From Neocallimastix sp. 'constans' (lineage: Eukaryota), in assembly GCA_050613775.1 (NCBI GenBank), contig JBODTK010000010.1, forward strand, positions 372,001 to 436,000: a stretch of DNA of 64,000 nucleotides, read 5' to 3'. The notes beneath the pieces were generated by a model. That model did not search any database. It was not told where the DNA came from and worked only from the letters and a program-made list of their open reading frames with translations. Below are positions 1-14,843 of the stretch, piece by piece (the stretch's first letter is position 1; every line of letters starts with the position of its first letter). The translations under genes were made by a program, and so were the position numbers.

Positions 1-159
1 GAATAAATGAAATGTGGAGAGGCATACTGAAGTGTTGTGACTACCTTAATATTCCCAAGCCTTGAGGGGTGCTAAAAAGCAGTACAAACTGGAAGTTAAA
101 AAAAAAAAAATTAAATGAATATGTCTTTCTTTTCTGATTTAAAGTGTTATGCTTAACAA

Positions 160-215
160 TTATTATTATTGTTATTAATATTATAATTATAATTATTATA
201 ATTATTATTATTATA

Positions 216-308
<93 letters not shown>

Positions 309-335
309 GTTATTGTTGTTATTATTATTATTATA
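160..335. repeat. (ATT)n microsatellite
   Basis: Direct reading; it explains the spurious poly-Ile ORF 144-350. Confidence 0.95.
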
Positions 336-1659
336 TTAATATATAAATAATTAAATATAAATTATATATATTAATGTATTATAAATTTTTATTAATTTTA
401 CCCATATATCCTAAATAATTTATATATATAAAGTATATATAATAAAGTATATAATATTATTTATTTATCTATTTATTTATTTATTTATTTATTTCTGTAT
501 TAATCTAATTATTATTTATTACTAAATAAAATTTATCCAGAATTTATTAATAGAAAAACAACAAATCTACCGTATATATATTTAAAATTATAAGATTACT
601 ATAAAAAAATATATTATTTCTATAGAAAAATTCAAATTTTATATTGATAATATATTTATTATAAAATATATAAAATATATTAAAATGTAATGTACTACAA
701 TAAATTTTTTATTTTTGGATTTGGATATAACAAAAACTTTTCAAGTCAATTATCAAATATATTACAACATATATTTGCAATTTATATTATAATTAGAAAT
801 AATTTATTTTATTATGTATTATTCATTTTATTATATACTGAATATAATTTATAAATCCGATTCTTTTTAAAATTAAAAAACAAAAAAAAAAATAAATAAA
901 TAAATAATTGTTTAACAGATATTATATTAAATATATTATATCAAATATATTTTGTAATATATTGCAATATATTATATTTTTGTTTAATATTAAAAAAATG
1001 TTGACGTTTTACTTTCAAAATCAGTGCATTAAATATATAATCTACATATAGTATAAGTATATTACATAGAATTGTTTTTTATTTTATCTTTTAGTGACAT
1101 TATTATATCGATAAATATCTTTTAATATATAAAAATATATTGTTATATACATAGATTAAATTAGAATCCACAAATTATAATTTTTTATTATATAAAAAAT
1201 AATAAAATTCATATAATTTTTATGCAATTATCAACAAATTTTATTTATATTAATTATTAAATAATAAATAATAAATAATAAATAATAAATTATAAATAAT
1301 AAATTATAAATAATAAATAATTAATAATTAGTAAAATAAATAAATAATAACAAATATAATGAAAAAATAATAAATTATAAATATTTATATTATATCAACA
1401 AAAAAAAAAAGTATATATATTGAAATTCTTATGTGTGATATACTTATATAAAAAGTTACTCTAATGTTTTATATCTTTAATTTATATATAAAATTTATAA
1501 CTTATGAACTATTAATAAATTAAAAATATAGTCTCTCATTTATGATTTTTTTTTCTTCTATTAAAACTTCTTTTTGATTCTATATATTTAATTTTTTATT
1601 TATTTATTTATTTATCTACTTATTTAATTAATTAACTGTTTGTTTGATTATGTGTATAT

Positions 1660-1706
<47 letters not shown>

Positions 1707-2145
1707 TTTGACATATAAAAAAAGTATACTTTACCAAAAAAAATTTCCATATATATTAAAAATAACAGAAAAAAATAAATATTAAACAATACATATAATC
1801 AAATTAATATTAAATATAATAGAATATATTAATTTAAAAATTTGTATATAAATAAATAAAAAATGAATAAAAAAAATTTTTTTTTTATTCGCAATAGTAT
1901 AAATGGTATAAATTTTTTTTTTAAATAATGTAATAAACTTTTATTATAAAAAAACATAATTATTTATCGAATTGAATAAAAGAAAAAAATTATTATAAAT
2001 TTTATAATTTAAAAAATAAAAAATAATTAAAAAAAAAGTAATAATAAAATTGTAAGTCTTTTTTTTTGCAAAAATGTTAATTTTATTTTTTAAGTTTTAT
2101 TTTTATTATTGTTTTTTCATATAATGGTATTATATTTTTTTTAAA

Positions 2146-2179
<34 letters not shown>

Positions 2180-2905
2180 AAAAAAGGAAGATATTAATAT
2201 TATTGCAATTGTTTGGAATATTTATTATTGTTTAATTATTTAAGTAAAATTGAAATAGTAATAAAAATAAAAATATAAAAGATATTATCGAAACATTTTA
2301 TATTTCAATTACTTTTAGGTAAAAAAATGTTTATTAAATTTTTTTTATTTTAATTTGAATTTATAAAGTTATTTACTAGTTTATTAATTTAATAAATTTA
2401 GAAGATGATTTTAAATATATATTATATATTGATTATTTATATTTAATATGTAATGTAAACATGAAATATATAAATGTTAATGACAAATGTTTATATTAAT
2501 AAACATGAAATTGAGATATATATTTTAAATGTTAATAATAAAGAAAATGATAAAATAAAATATAAGATTATAACAAAAAATAATAATAATAATTATATTA
2601 ACAATTTTAAAAATAAGTTCATATTATACATCCTTTAAATAGAAATATACATTTTATAATTTTAACAAATAAAAGCCAGTGTTCAATTTTAAATATATAT
2701 ATAGATATATAAAATTATATTAAACTCATAGATAAAAAAAAAAAATAACAGTTATTTTAAAAGTTATTTCAATAAAAATTTAACTACAAACAATTGTAAA
2801 AGTCTAAATCATTGATTGATATTATCATTAAAAATTGTATTTCATACTTTAAATGCTAATAATAATTAAAAAGCTTAAAAGTATAAATATGTTTATTTAA
2901 ATTAT

Positions 2906-3029
2906 AGGCAATTATTAAAAATTTTATTTTTATTTCTATTTTCTTAATTATTTTTATATATTTATGTTTTAGGCAATTATTAAAAATTTTATTTTTATTT
3001 CTATTTTCTTAATTATTTTTATATATTTA
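2906..3029. repeat. Tandem duplication (~65 bp x2) upstream of the TPS gene
   Basis: aggcaattattaaaaattttatttttatttctattttcttaattatttttatatattta occurs at 2906 and at 2971. Confidence 0.85.
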
Positions 3030-3476
3030 AGTTTTTTAAAATTAACAACTAACGCTAATTTTTATGTATATATTAATATATAAATACGTTAAATCCCTTT
3101 ATATATATTTAAAATATAGGAAACTTTCAAAATTATTAAAAAAATTAACAAATCTCTTTTTTTTTTAATTTTACTAAATATAATTTATTTACGAAATATA
3201 ATAACGTATATTTATTAAATTTAAAATATATAGTTATATATCAACGATAGTAGTAATATATTTATTATATTTATTAATTATACCTTATACAAAAATTATT
3301 AAATTTTATATCAGTATTTACTAAATATTGATAAACAAATATTAAAGTTTATTAATAAAAATACAAGAAAAAAGAAAAAAAAATTAAAGTACAATAATTA
3401 ATACGAAATAATAAGTAAGAATATAGAAAATTTATACAATATTTTTATTTAATTAATCAATATAAATATTGTTATA

Positions 3477-4727
3477 ATGAACACAAATTCAATAATTAAT
3501 GAGAGTCCTTCAATATCGGACATTAGACCTACTGGTCGTATTCTTATGGCTAGTCTATTCTTACCATATTCTTATAATTCAGAAAATTTTACTATTTATA
3601 AAAATTTGTCTCTTGCTGGTAGTATTAATGGTGCCAAAGGTTCACTTAAAGCTGCTTTATCAGCATCGAATTCTTTGAAAAAAGTTCTTTCAAATACTTC
3701 TCTTAAGCAAACCAAAGAAAAATTGAAATTAAAAGCTAAAGCAAGTCAAAAATTATTACGTCAACAACAGCAAATGGAACAACAACAAAGAAAGGAACGT
3801 TTACAGGAACGTTTATTAAAAAAAGGTTCTTCTTCATCCTTTACGTCAAATTTTGATATGGTTTCTTCACCGCTTTCATCACCAAATCTTAAAGCATCTA
3901 CTCCGCCATCACCCAAAAGTATTTCTAGATCTTTATCAAGTCGACTAGCATCTGTAGATTCTTTAAATAAAACTAAAAATAATTTATCAAAACATGAACT
4001 AGAAGATATTATTAATATTAAACCATCTATGCTCGGTAATGTTGGTTTGCAAAATGCAATTGCTTCTGTTTCTTTACCAACACATTATCCAAGAAAGCCA
4101 GAAGGTAAAAATGAATTATAATAATTTTAATATTTAATATTTAATATTTATATATAAATATTTGTATAAATATTTTTCTAATTGAAATATATTATTTAAT
4201 TAATTTACATTTCAAAAATAATATATTCATAAAAATATATTTAATACTCTCACAATAATAAATTATAAATTATATATATATATAAAAAAAAAAAAAATAG
4301 AAAATATAGAAAATCTCAGTAATGAAAAGCATAGTACTTCAATATTAACAGATAGAATTCAATTGACAAATTCAGATTTAATTCATGCCCAAAAAATTTG
4401 GTTTGGTTTACCTGGGGAACAAAGTCTTACTTTAACAGATGATGCTAAAGAAGTCTTAACTGATAAATTGATTAATTATGATTGTATACCAGTATTTGTT
4501 GATCAAGAGCAATTTAATGGACATTATAATCAAGTCTGTAAACAGGTAATTATATTATTATTATTATTATTATTATTTTTATTATTTGTATGAAATGGTA
4601 TTTTATTTATTTATTTTTTTATTTATTTACTTATTTTAATAAAAATTATTATTATAAAATTATTGTTTAATACTTATATAAAAAAATAATTAAACATTTT
4701 ATAATAAAATTAATTTTTTAAAAAAAA

Positions 4728-4761
<34 letters not shown>

Positions 4762-7700
4762 CCATAGATAATATGGAAAGCTTTTCATTATCAACTTCCA
4801 GAATATCCAAAATGTGCTAATAAAGAGCAACAGTGGTGGAATGATTATAGAGAAGTAAATGAAAAATTTGCTGAAGTTATTGCTAAACATTATCGACCAG
4901 GAGATATAAGTAAATTAAATTAATAAGCATTTAATTGTTTATATATATATATATAAGTTTAATGGAATGAAATAATAAATTTTACTAAAAAAAAAAAATA
5001 TGTTTAATATCATATACCACATTATATATATAAATATTATGTTCAATTATAAAAATATTCAGTATGGATTAATGATTATCACCTTATGTTTTTACCAAAA
5101 ATATTAAGAAAATTAATTCCAAATGCTGCTATCGGTTTCTTCCTTCATATTCCATTCCCAAGTTCAGAAATCATTCGTTGTATATACGGTAATTTTTTTA
5201 TATAATTTATAATTTATATATATATATGTACTATTTATTATTTATTCATATCTACAATAGTGATAATTAATATATGTTTTTTAATATATATCGTTTAAAA
5301 TATTACAAAGCACGTGAACAAATATTAGAAGGTTTACTAGGAGCTGGTAAATATTGCATTATTATTCTTTAATTGTAATTAATAAAATTATTATGTATAA
5401 AAATATTAATTTATAAATTAAAATTATTGTTAAATATTATTTGATATTAATAATGATAATAATAATATAAAGATCTTGTTGGTTTTCAAACTTACTCTTT
5501 CATGAGACATTTCATTTCTACAGTATCACGCCTTCTTGGTTATGAATCTACACTAAATGGTATTCAACTAGAAAATTCAGTGGTTTCCGTTGGTATTTTT
5601 CCAATTGGTATTGATATTGATGCAATAAATGAAAAAAGGTAGTTTATTATTATATATTTCAAGTAATTAATTAAACAGTATATAATACCATTTATATTAC
5701 ATAATCATTAAATTATCCAATTGTTATTTTTTTTTTTTTTTTTTTTTTTTTTATTTTATTTTATTTTATTATTTGTATATACAACACCTTGAAAAATATT
5801 AAAAATAATGATATTAATATTAAAAATAATATAGAAAAGATAAAAAGGTTATTGAAATTCAAAATAATCTTTTAGAGAAATATGCAGGGATGAAATTAAT
5901 CATTGGTCGTGATAAAAATGATTATGTTAAGGGTGTAAGACATAAACTTGCAGCCTTTGAAAAATTTTTAAAGACTCATCCAGAATGGATCGGCAAGGTA
6001 AAATAAATTATTTAGTGCTATTTAATTCTGCATAAATTATATATTATTTATATAGTTTAACTTAATTTTCTAAAATATTAATAAATTTATATATCCATAC
6101 ACATTTATATATTGAAAATTTCTATAATAAAAAAAAATATTTAAATTTAAAAAAAAAAAATAATAAAAATTAATAACATAATATTTATTAGGTTGTTTTA
6201 ATTCAAGTTGCATTATCAACTGTCGAACAAAATGAATTAGAATGTCAAGTAAGTAATCTTGTTGCACGTATTAATTCTAGATTTGGCTCTTTAGGTTATA
6301 CACCTGTTGTCTACCTTCAACAAGATATTCCATATGAACAATATTTGGCGTTACTTCAGGTTAGTAATAAATTTACTCATATTATAAGAATATATAATAT
6401 TAAATTTAAATTTATTATACTATATGTACTAAATATTAAATATGTAATAATATATATAATATTCTTTATACATATATATATATATAATATTTTAAACTAA
6501 TATTTAATATCTTTATTATTAAAATTAATTGTTTATTTAAAGATTGCTGATGTTTTCCTTATTACATCAGTTAGAGATGGTATGAATTTAACTTCACATG
6601 AATTTATTGCATGCCAAACTGGTCATCATTCACCGTTAATAATTTCTGAATTTGCTGGTTCCTATGGTTCTTTTGGTACATCTGTTATTCGTGTTAATCC
6701 ATGGGATTATTGTCAAGTTGCAGGAGCTATTAATGAAGCATTAACTATGTCTGAAGAAGAAAAGGAAATTCGATGGAATGAACTTTTCACTTACATAAGA
6801 ACGAATTCAGCACAATTCTTTGTTGAAAGCTTTATTAATGAACTTTTACAAAAATATAATGATAATCAAAAAAGAAAGGCAACTATTTTACCAAAACTTA
6901 AATTAGATATTATTTCTAATATTTGGACTACTTCTAGAAAGAAATTATTGGTAAATTATATTTATAATTTTATATATATACGTTAAAAATATATATTTAA
7001 TAAATTATATTGATAAAAAAATAAAAAAAAAAAATAGAATTAAATATAATGATAAAATACTAAATTTTATATAAATTATATAGTTCTTAGGTATTAGTGA
7101 AGATAAAATAAAATCACCAGCAGAAATGAAAGTTATGAATAATCTAATTTCAGAATTATTAAAGGATCCGATGAATCATGTTTATATTCTAAGTGATGCC
7201 ATAAAAGAAGATATGAATGAATATTCTAAAGCTTTATTACCACAAACATTAAATATGATTGCAGAAAATGGTGCTTATATTAAAAGATATGATCAAGAAG
7301 AATGGGAATTACAAAATTCTAATGAAGATTTATCATGGAAAAAACATTTATTAAAGGTAATTCAAATAATATATTAAAAAAAAAATAATAATAATAATAA
7401 TTATAATAAATAAATAAAAAATAAATATATATATATATATATAAGTTAATAATATAAAATAAATTTATTAATTATTCAATTGTATTAATTATATTATATA
7501 TATTTGATATATTCTTAAAATATAGATATTAAATTTCTATACAGAGTAAGTAGACAATATATATTAAATATTAATATATTGATATTATAATAATATATAA
7601 TCAATTTAATATTTAATAATTGAATTATTAATATTATTTTCTAATATTATTTTATTTTAATAGACGTATTCTTGGTACATATATTGAAGAAAGAACCTAT

Positions 7701-8734
7701 TCAATAATATGGCATTATGAAAAAACGAATTATGAAGAATAGTAAATTTTCATATTTTATTTATATTATTATTGATTATAATTATTTTTAAAAAATTTAA
7801 AAAAAAAATATTAACTAATAGTATTTTATTCAAAAACATTAAAAAATTATAAAAGTTCATGGCAAATCTCAGAAGTAGAAAATCATATTCATTCTATATT
7901 TTCTATAAATTATCCATTGAGAGTTCGTCATAAGCATGACTTACATTGTATTATTGTATGTAATTTTTTATCAATATAAAATATTTATATATTTATTGTA
8001 ATTATATTCATTTATAAATTATTTTATTCAAATTCTTAATAATTAAAAAAAATTATTATTATTATTATTAATATTATTATTGTTGTTGTTATTAATTTAA
8101 TTAATTATATTGATTATTAATTATTAATAATAAATTATTACTTTTAATAATAATTTAGATTACACCAAAGAATGTTAATAAAGGATCAATTGTCAGAAGA
8201 ATTATTGAAAAAGATTATTATGATGCCGATTTAGTATTTTGTATAGGAGATGATGAATCAGATGAATCAATGTTTGCTTATTGTCGCCTTTTACAAGATA
8301 AAATGAATTCTATGCAAGTTCCAAAGATTAATAGTCCATTGAATACAACAACGAATTATTATTATAATTCTGGTAGTATATATTCACCAATTCAGAGTAT
8401 GACTAGTAAAAGTTCCTCTCCTACACAACTTGGTGGCTTTTTCGGTTTTTCTTCTTCCCCAAGTTCCTCATTCAAGCGTTATAGTATTCGTAATCAACTT
8501 CGTAGAAAAATTATTACTTGTGCTATTGATCGTAAATTCACAAAAGCAAAATATGTTTTTTCTGATTTTAATGAAATTGAAAAAATACTAGAAGTTTTAT
8601 CTCAACAACATACTATGGTAACATCATCTGATGAAGATGATGTTGAGTTAGATGAAATGGGAATGATAGGTTTGGGTATCAATCGTTTATCCATTACTGA
8701 AAGTGTTAATGATAAAAATTATCATTCCGATTAA
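3477..8734 (+). CDS. Trehalose-6-phosphate synthase/phosphatase family protein (GT20 + HAD-like domain), probably a non-catalytic Tps2/Tps3-like subunit; 14 exons
   Basis: Hand-spliced GT-AG exons: 3477-4104, 4301-4545, 4768-4909, 5063-5188, 5311-5346, 5473-5638, 5835-5997, 6192-6359, 6543-6950, 7084-7356, 7526-7545, 7664-7741, 7856-7955, 8159-8734; frame is preserved throughout. GT20 motifs: WINDYHLMFLP, GFFLHIPFPSSE, DLVGFQT, FPIGID, RDGMNL, SEFAG, VNPWD. TPP-like motifs: AENG, WHY, NKG, CIGDDESDESMF. Confidence 0.92.
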
Positions 8735-9717
8735 AAATAATATATATATATATATATATATATTAAAAATAAACATAAAAATAAAAATAAAATACAATAA
8801 CAATAAAAATAAACTGAATTAAAAATCAATATAAAAAAAATAAAAAAAATAAAAATATCATGAGTAAATCTATAGAAGAAATTAATAATCGTAATAATTA
8901 TGATTATTATTCGTTCCATCCAATAAACCATAATTTATATCAATATTATTATCTATTAATAAGAAAAAAAAAAAAAAAAAAAAAAAAAAGGAATCAATAA
9001 ATCAATAAAGAGAAACTAATTTATTTATTCAAAAAAAAAAAAAAAGTATATATATATATATATATATATATAACATTTAATTTTTTTTTTCCTTTTTTTA
9101 AAACAAAAAATCAAAAATCAAATTAATGATCAATAAAAATAATATGACCATTAATCTGTAATTAATTACAATATAGAAAAATATATATATATATATATAC
9201 TATTTTTTTTAAATTATTTATTTATTTATTAATTTATTTATTTATTTATCTATTTATTTATTTATTAATAATCATATTCATGATTAATATTTTATATGTT
9301 ATAATTAAAAAAAAAAAAAAAAAAAAAAAACATATATATATTTATAAATATAAATATATATAAATATATACATATATTTAAAAATATATTCAATTTAGTA
9401 TAGTTTAGTTTAATTATTTTTTTTTTATAATTAGTATTATTATTATTATTACTATTTTAATTTTTCAGTATTAATTTAATAATATTATTACTTTTTTTTT
9501 TTTTTTTTTTCTTTTTTTTTTTGTCTGCTTTTCTTCTTTTTTTTAATGATGTTATTACATTTTTCTTTAATTATAATTAAAAAAAAAAAAAAAAAGTAAA
9601 TAAAAATAAAAAATATATATATTATAATATAATAAATATAATAAATATAATAATATAATTCAATATAAGATAACAAGAAAAATATATAAAAATATATATA
9701 TAGATATTAAGAATAAA

Positions 9718-9748
<31 letters not shown>

Positions 9749-9975
9749 TAAAAATGTGAATCAATAATTAAACGTAACGATATATAAAAATAAAAATATA
9801 CTTTAATAAAAAATAAAATATTATTTTTTTTTTAAAAAACAAAAAAATAAAAAAAAATTAAAAAGATTACTTTTTTTTTTTAGTAATGAGTGTAATACAA
9901 AAAAAAAATGTTAAATTTATTAATTTATAAATATAATATATTTATATATATATACAATTAAAACAATTCATTAAC

Positions 9976-10014
<39 letters not shown>

Positions 10015-10084
10015 CCATTAGATTGTTAAATCCGAGTGAAATAAATAAAATAATATATATATATATATATTTATATCTTATATC

Positions 10085-10680
10085 CTCAAAGAAGAGTTAC
10101 CTAAAAAGAATTACTATACCTACTTAGGTGTACTGTTTTCAAATGATTTAGAATTAAAACTGATCATACAGAGAATGAATAATAAAGTTATAAAATAAAA
10201 ACAATTTTTATTCCTATCCCCTTTTATAAATGAATGCTATTTTCTGCTATAGTATTTGGGTAATTATTCGAGTTATGCCATTCTAGCTTGGATCAAACAA
10301 AGTAAGAATAAGAAGTAGACAGACCACTATAGTTTAATAGAGGATTAAAACTAGATTGAAGGATTTTCTAAATGGAAAAATAGCTTTACATCCCTTTATT
10401 GTTGTTTCTAAAAGAACTTATAGCATTCCTCCTCTTCTGTTTTACATAGAGATATATCACGTTGTAGACGTCATGCATGGGATAAAGAAAGCAAAATTTT
10501 TTAGCGGATATGTTTAATAAAATTCCATCAAAAAAAAAAAAAATACATCTGTAAACTTTATCTGGGATAGAGATATGACAAGAAAATCAATCAAGGCTAA
10601 GGCTTATAAGAAAAATAAATTTGAGAAAACTAGAGACTACTTAAAGCTCAACTCTAAGTATCTTGAATAAGGTATTCTGT
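10085..10680 (+). mobile_element. Degraded non-LTR retrotransposon (LINE) fragment, RT C-terminal region
   Basis: 10115-10132 encodes YTYLGV followed by LFSNDLELKLIIQRMNNKV, and LGSNK lies near 10290. These align with YTYLRVTFNKSLDLEPIIAKMN and LLGSNK of the LINE at 60-64 kb. Many stops and frameshifts. Confidence 0.75.
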
Positions 10681-10710
10681 ATTTTTTGTTTAAAAAAAAA
10701 AATATTCACG

Positions 10711-10718
<8 letters not shown>

Positions 10719-10749
<31 letters not shown>

Positions 10750-11375
10750 TGGGGAAGAGAATACACTTCCAAAACTTTATTAATTTTATTTTAAAAAATA
10801 CATGTAGGTGAAAAGTACATTTGAAATTAAAAAATAAAAAAATAAAAAAGCTCGAAAATACTATGTATTTCGGCAAGTTGTACTATGCGGGAATTTTTCC
10901 CTTCCTATAAAATAAAAAAGAAATAAAACCTAGAAGTAACATCTTTAAAATAGATAGTGTGGTGTCCACTAAACTCTCCCCGGACTCATCATTTATTGAA
11001 CTACTAGGGCAAGATTCATCCTTCGTAGAAATAGATGACGATCCTGTATTATCATTATGCCTTATCAGTACGACGTCGACGCTCTTGGATAAGTTTGGTA
11101 TTTTGCAATACCTATCAAATAATAGCTCAAACGAACTACTAATGATAGGTATTGCACTTGTTAAGAATTCCGCCAAGCCCACAATTTTTGGAACAGGTGA
11201 CTCAGATGAACCTTTGAAAAGTAGTTCATTTAATTGTCTCTGTTCCCCACTATCGAAATGTAGTTCATATAAAGCTAAAGTTCCACCAAGAAGGAACAAG
11301 TATATATAATGATTGATATAATCTTCAAAATTAGAAATAGAGTCATAGGAAGAAAGAGGATTAAACGCTCTAATC
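10719..11375 (-). mobile_element. 5'-truncated LINE insertion with poly(A) tail and ~14-bp TSD
   Basis: Poly-T at 10719-10746. TSD ttcacgttattaat (10705-10718) / ttcatgttattaat (11376-11389). The minus-strand peptide FLLGG...VGLAEFLT...KSVDVV is homologous to ORF 50598-51017. Confidence 0.85.
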
Positions 11376-11609
11376 TTCATGTTATTAATAAATAAATAAA
11401 TAAATAAATAAAAATAAAAATAAAAATAAAAATAAAAATAAAAAAATTCCCTTTCTATTATCATATTTTAAGGTAAACCATCTCAATTAATCAACTCATC
11501 AAAAAAAAAAAAAAAAATTAAATATTTAAATATATAAATATATATATATATATAAAAACGAATTCAATCTTTACTACTCTACCACTCGTTTTTATATTAT
11601 TAATATAAT

Positions 11610-11611
<2 letters not shown>

Positions 11612-11650
<39 letters not shown>

Positions 11651-11936
11651 CTTGGAATAAACTTTATTTAATAATATTTATTAAAAAGAAGAAAAAAAAA
11701 TTTTTTTTTTTTTTTTCAATCTCTCGAAAGTGATTGAAAAACATTATTAATAAAATGCCTTCTTTCCCACCCACCCCAGGGGTAGAGATCTTTAAGACTT
11801 CATATACTACATTTCTCGCCAAAGAGATACAGTACGTAAAAAAAAAAAAATTAAAAAAAAATCAATATTATCATCAAAAATCTTACACTCTCTCTTCATC
11901 AAGAATATTCAATGATTTCTTATGAACAATCAGAAA

Positions 11937-11980
<44 letters not shown>

Positions 11981-12280
11981 AATTTCATCAACAAAATGAA
12001 GGAATTTATTAAACTCTTTAAATTTAGACAACCTAAAAAGAAAAGTATCCAGTGTATAAAAAAAAATTTAGGCATACTATTAATTTTTTTTTAGCACAAC
12101 AGGGGTGAAGATCTTCTGATACCATATATATTTGTTGTTAACATTATTTTAAAATTTTTACATCAAATTTGAATCCATATTTAATTCGTTCAATCCTAAA
12201 ATATTCAAGAAAAAAAAAAAAAAATGGTGAATATTTTAGTGATAGACGTTTTGTAAATTTTTTAAATAACTAAATTTTAA
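11612..12280 (-). mobile_element. Degraded, internally deleted LINE 3' fragment (same family as 50.1-51.1 kb)
   Basis: The reverse complement aligns with 50290-50760 (e.g. gattttgatgataatat, tcttaaagatc, aacgtctatcact). Its 3' end tattattaaataaagtttattccaagtct-polyA matches 51083-51110. Confidence 0.8.
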
Positions 12281-12345
12281 AATTCTTTTATTAAAATTAA
12301 TTACTTTAAATTCTTTATTGTTAATTATTATAATATCCTCTTAAT

Positions 12346-12416
<71 letters not shown>

Positions 12417-12825
12417 ATTTTTGAAACTCTTCATTTTATTTTATTATTATTTTTTAAGTTTTCTTTATCTATATATTAATTATATATTAATATATTAACG
12501 TAATTAATTTTTTACGAATTTTATATATATATATATTATATATATTTATTAATTATTATTATTATTGCTATTCATTATTACATAATTCAAAAATTACAAA
12601 TTTTCTTTTTTTTTTTTTTTAACGTCAATTTATTTTTAATTAGTGTATCATTAAAAAATAAAAAAAATAAAAAAAAAAAAATACTGATAACTATACATAA
12701 ATATACATATAGTTTGATATCTTTTTTTTTTTATTATTATTATTATTTATTAAGATTATTATTATTATAATTAAAAATAATTCTTTTTTTCTTCTTGATT
12801 GTTTTTCTTTTATATTTTTTGTTTC

Positions 12826-12885
<60 letters not shown>

Positions 12886-14843
12886 CTTATTATTAATATT
12901 TTTATTATTTTTTATTTTATTTTTATTATTTTTTTTTATTTCGTTTTTTTATTTCATTTTATTTTAGCTTTTTTTTTTTTATTTTTGCTTTAATTTTTTT
13001 TCTCTTTAGCACTTTTTCCTTTTGCTTTTTGTTTTATTTGTTTTTGTTTTTTGTTTTATTTTTTGTTCGTTTTTTTTCTATTTTTTTTTTCTATTCTTTT
13101 TTTTTTTTTTTTTTATTTTTATTTTTTTATTATTTTTTTTTTTTTTTTTAATTTATCTCCATATTTATAAATCGTGGAGACCTTTCTAATGATATTAAAC
13201 TTTATTATTATTCAAAATTTGCCTTCTTTTCTTTAAACGATCTATACAAAAAAAAAAAAATAAAAAATAATAAAAAATAAAAAAAATAAAAATAAAAAAA
13301 AAAGATAAAACTCTCTATATTGAATTTACTTTTTTAATTTTTAAATTTATTTTTATACTCTAAATTATAATTTTATAATTCTAGTTAATATTGACTATTT
13401 CTACTTTTTTTTTTTTTAAAATAATATTAAAAAAAATACATTATTCAAAATATGAAAAAAAAAAAAAAAAAAAATGTATATATATATTTAATATAATAAT
13501 AAAAAAAAAAAAAAAAAAAAAAAAAAGAATAAAATAAAAAAAAAATATAAAATAAAAATAATATTTTTATTTTATTATTTCTTCTTTTTTTTAAATATAT
13601 ATATTTTTTTTCTCATTATATTTACTATTATTATTTTGTTCTTCGTTTCGTTTTTTTTTTTTTTTTTCGTTTTTGTTTTAATTCTATTTATGTTTTCTTT
13701 TGAAATCATGGATTTAATATATACATTTACAAATATATATATTTTTTGAAGGGTATTTGGATGGTATTCTAATTTAATAAAACAAATTATCTAAAACTTT
13801 TATATTTTTAAATAAATTATATATATTAAAAATAATTAATATAATTAATACTAATAATATTATTTAAAATAAAATTAAAATAATTAATGATTAATAAAAT
13901 AAAATAAATACTATTTTATTTTATTTTATTTAATATTATTAATTATTTTATATATATATATATATAATTTTTGATAGTTTTAATAAAATTTTTATTTTAT
14001 TTTCTAAATTATTTTCCTTAATTCAAAAAATAAAAATACTATTAATATAATAAAATTAAAATTATAATATCAAAATATTTAATATTTATTTTTGACTTTA
14101 ATTTTAATCTTATTTTTTTTATATCTTATTGTTTAAAATTTATTACAAAAAGGAAAAAAGAATAAATAAAAATGATATTTAATACTATAATTTAATGGAT
14201 AATAACAATAATCTTTCTATATTTAATGATAAAAAGTTTAAAAATTAATCTTCTCTTTCATTGAAAAGTATTTATTTCATTAATAAAAATAAAAATGATA
14301 AATGTTTTGATTCTTACTTTTTGTGTTATTGAAGAATATATTTTAAATTTCTTAATAATCTTTAATTTTCAGTTTTCTCTTAATTAATAATAGTTTAATA
14401 ACACTTTTTTGAATAATTATACTTTGAAATAAAATAAAATAAAAATAAAAATAAAAAAATAAAAAATAATAGAATCAAAAATTTTATCTTTTAAAAAAAT
14501 ATAATAAATAAATAAATAAATAAAAAGGATTAGTTATTAAAAAAAATACTTTCATTAATAATTAATTTTTTATATATTATTATTATTTATTATTAAACAT
14601 TTACCTTCTAAATCCAGATTGTTAATGAAAGGAATATAATGTTTTGTTCTTTTAGTTTACAATTTAAATGTTGATTAACTAAAATGAAAAAAAAAAGAAA
14701 GAAAATGACTTTGATAACTTTAAATATAAATTATTTCCATTGTTTAAAAATTACGTAAATATTTGAATTGAATTTATAATTCTTTTTTTTTTTAAATATA
14801 TATAAATAATAAAAAATAAAACTGTTCAGTGAATTTTAATTAT

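Noticed and set aside
10959..11309. 116-aa plus-strand ORF
   Set aside because: Antisense shadow of the minus-strand LINE C-terminus, which has homologues elsewhere in the window.
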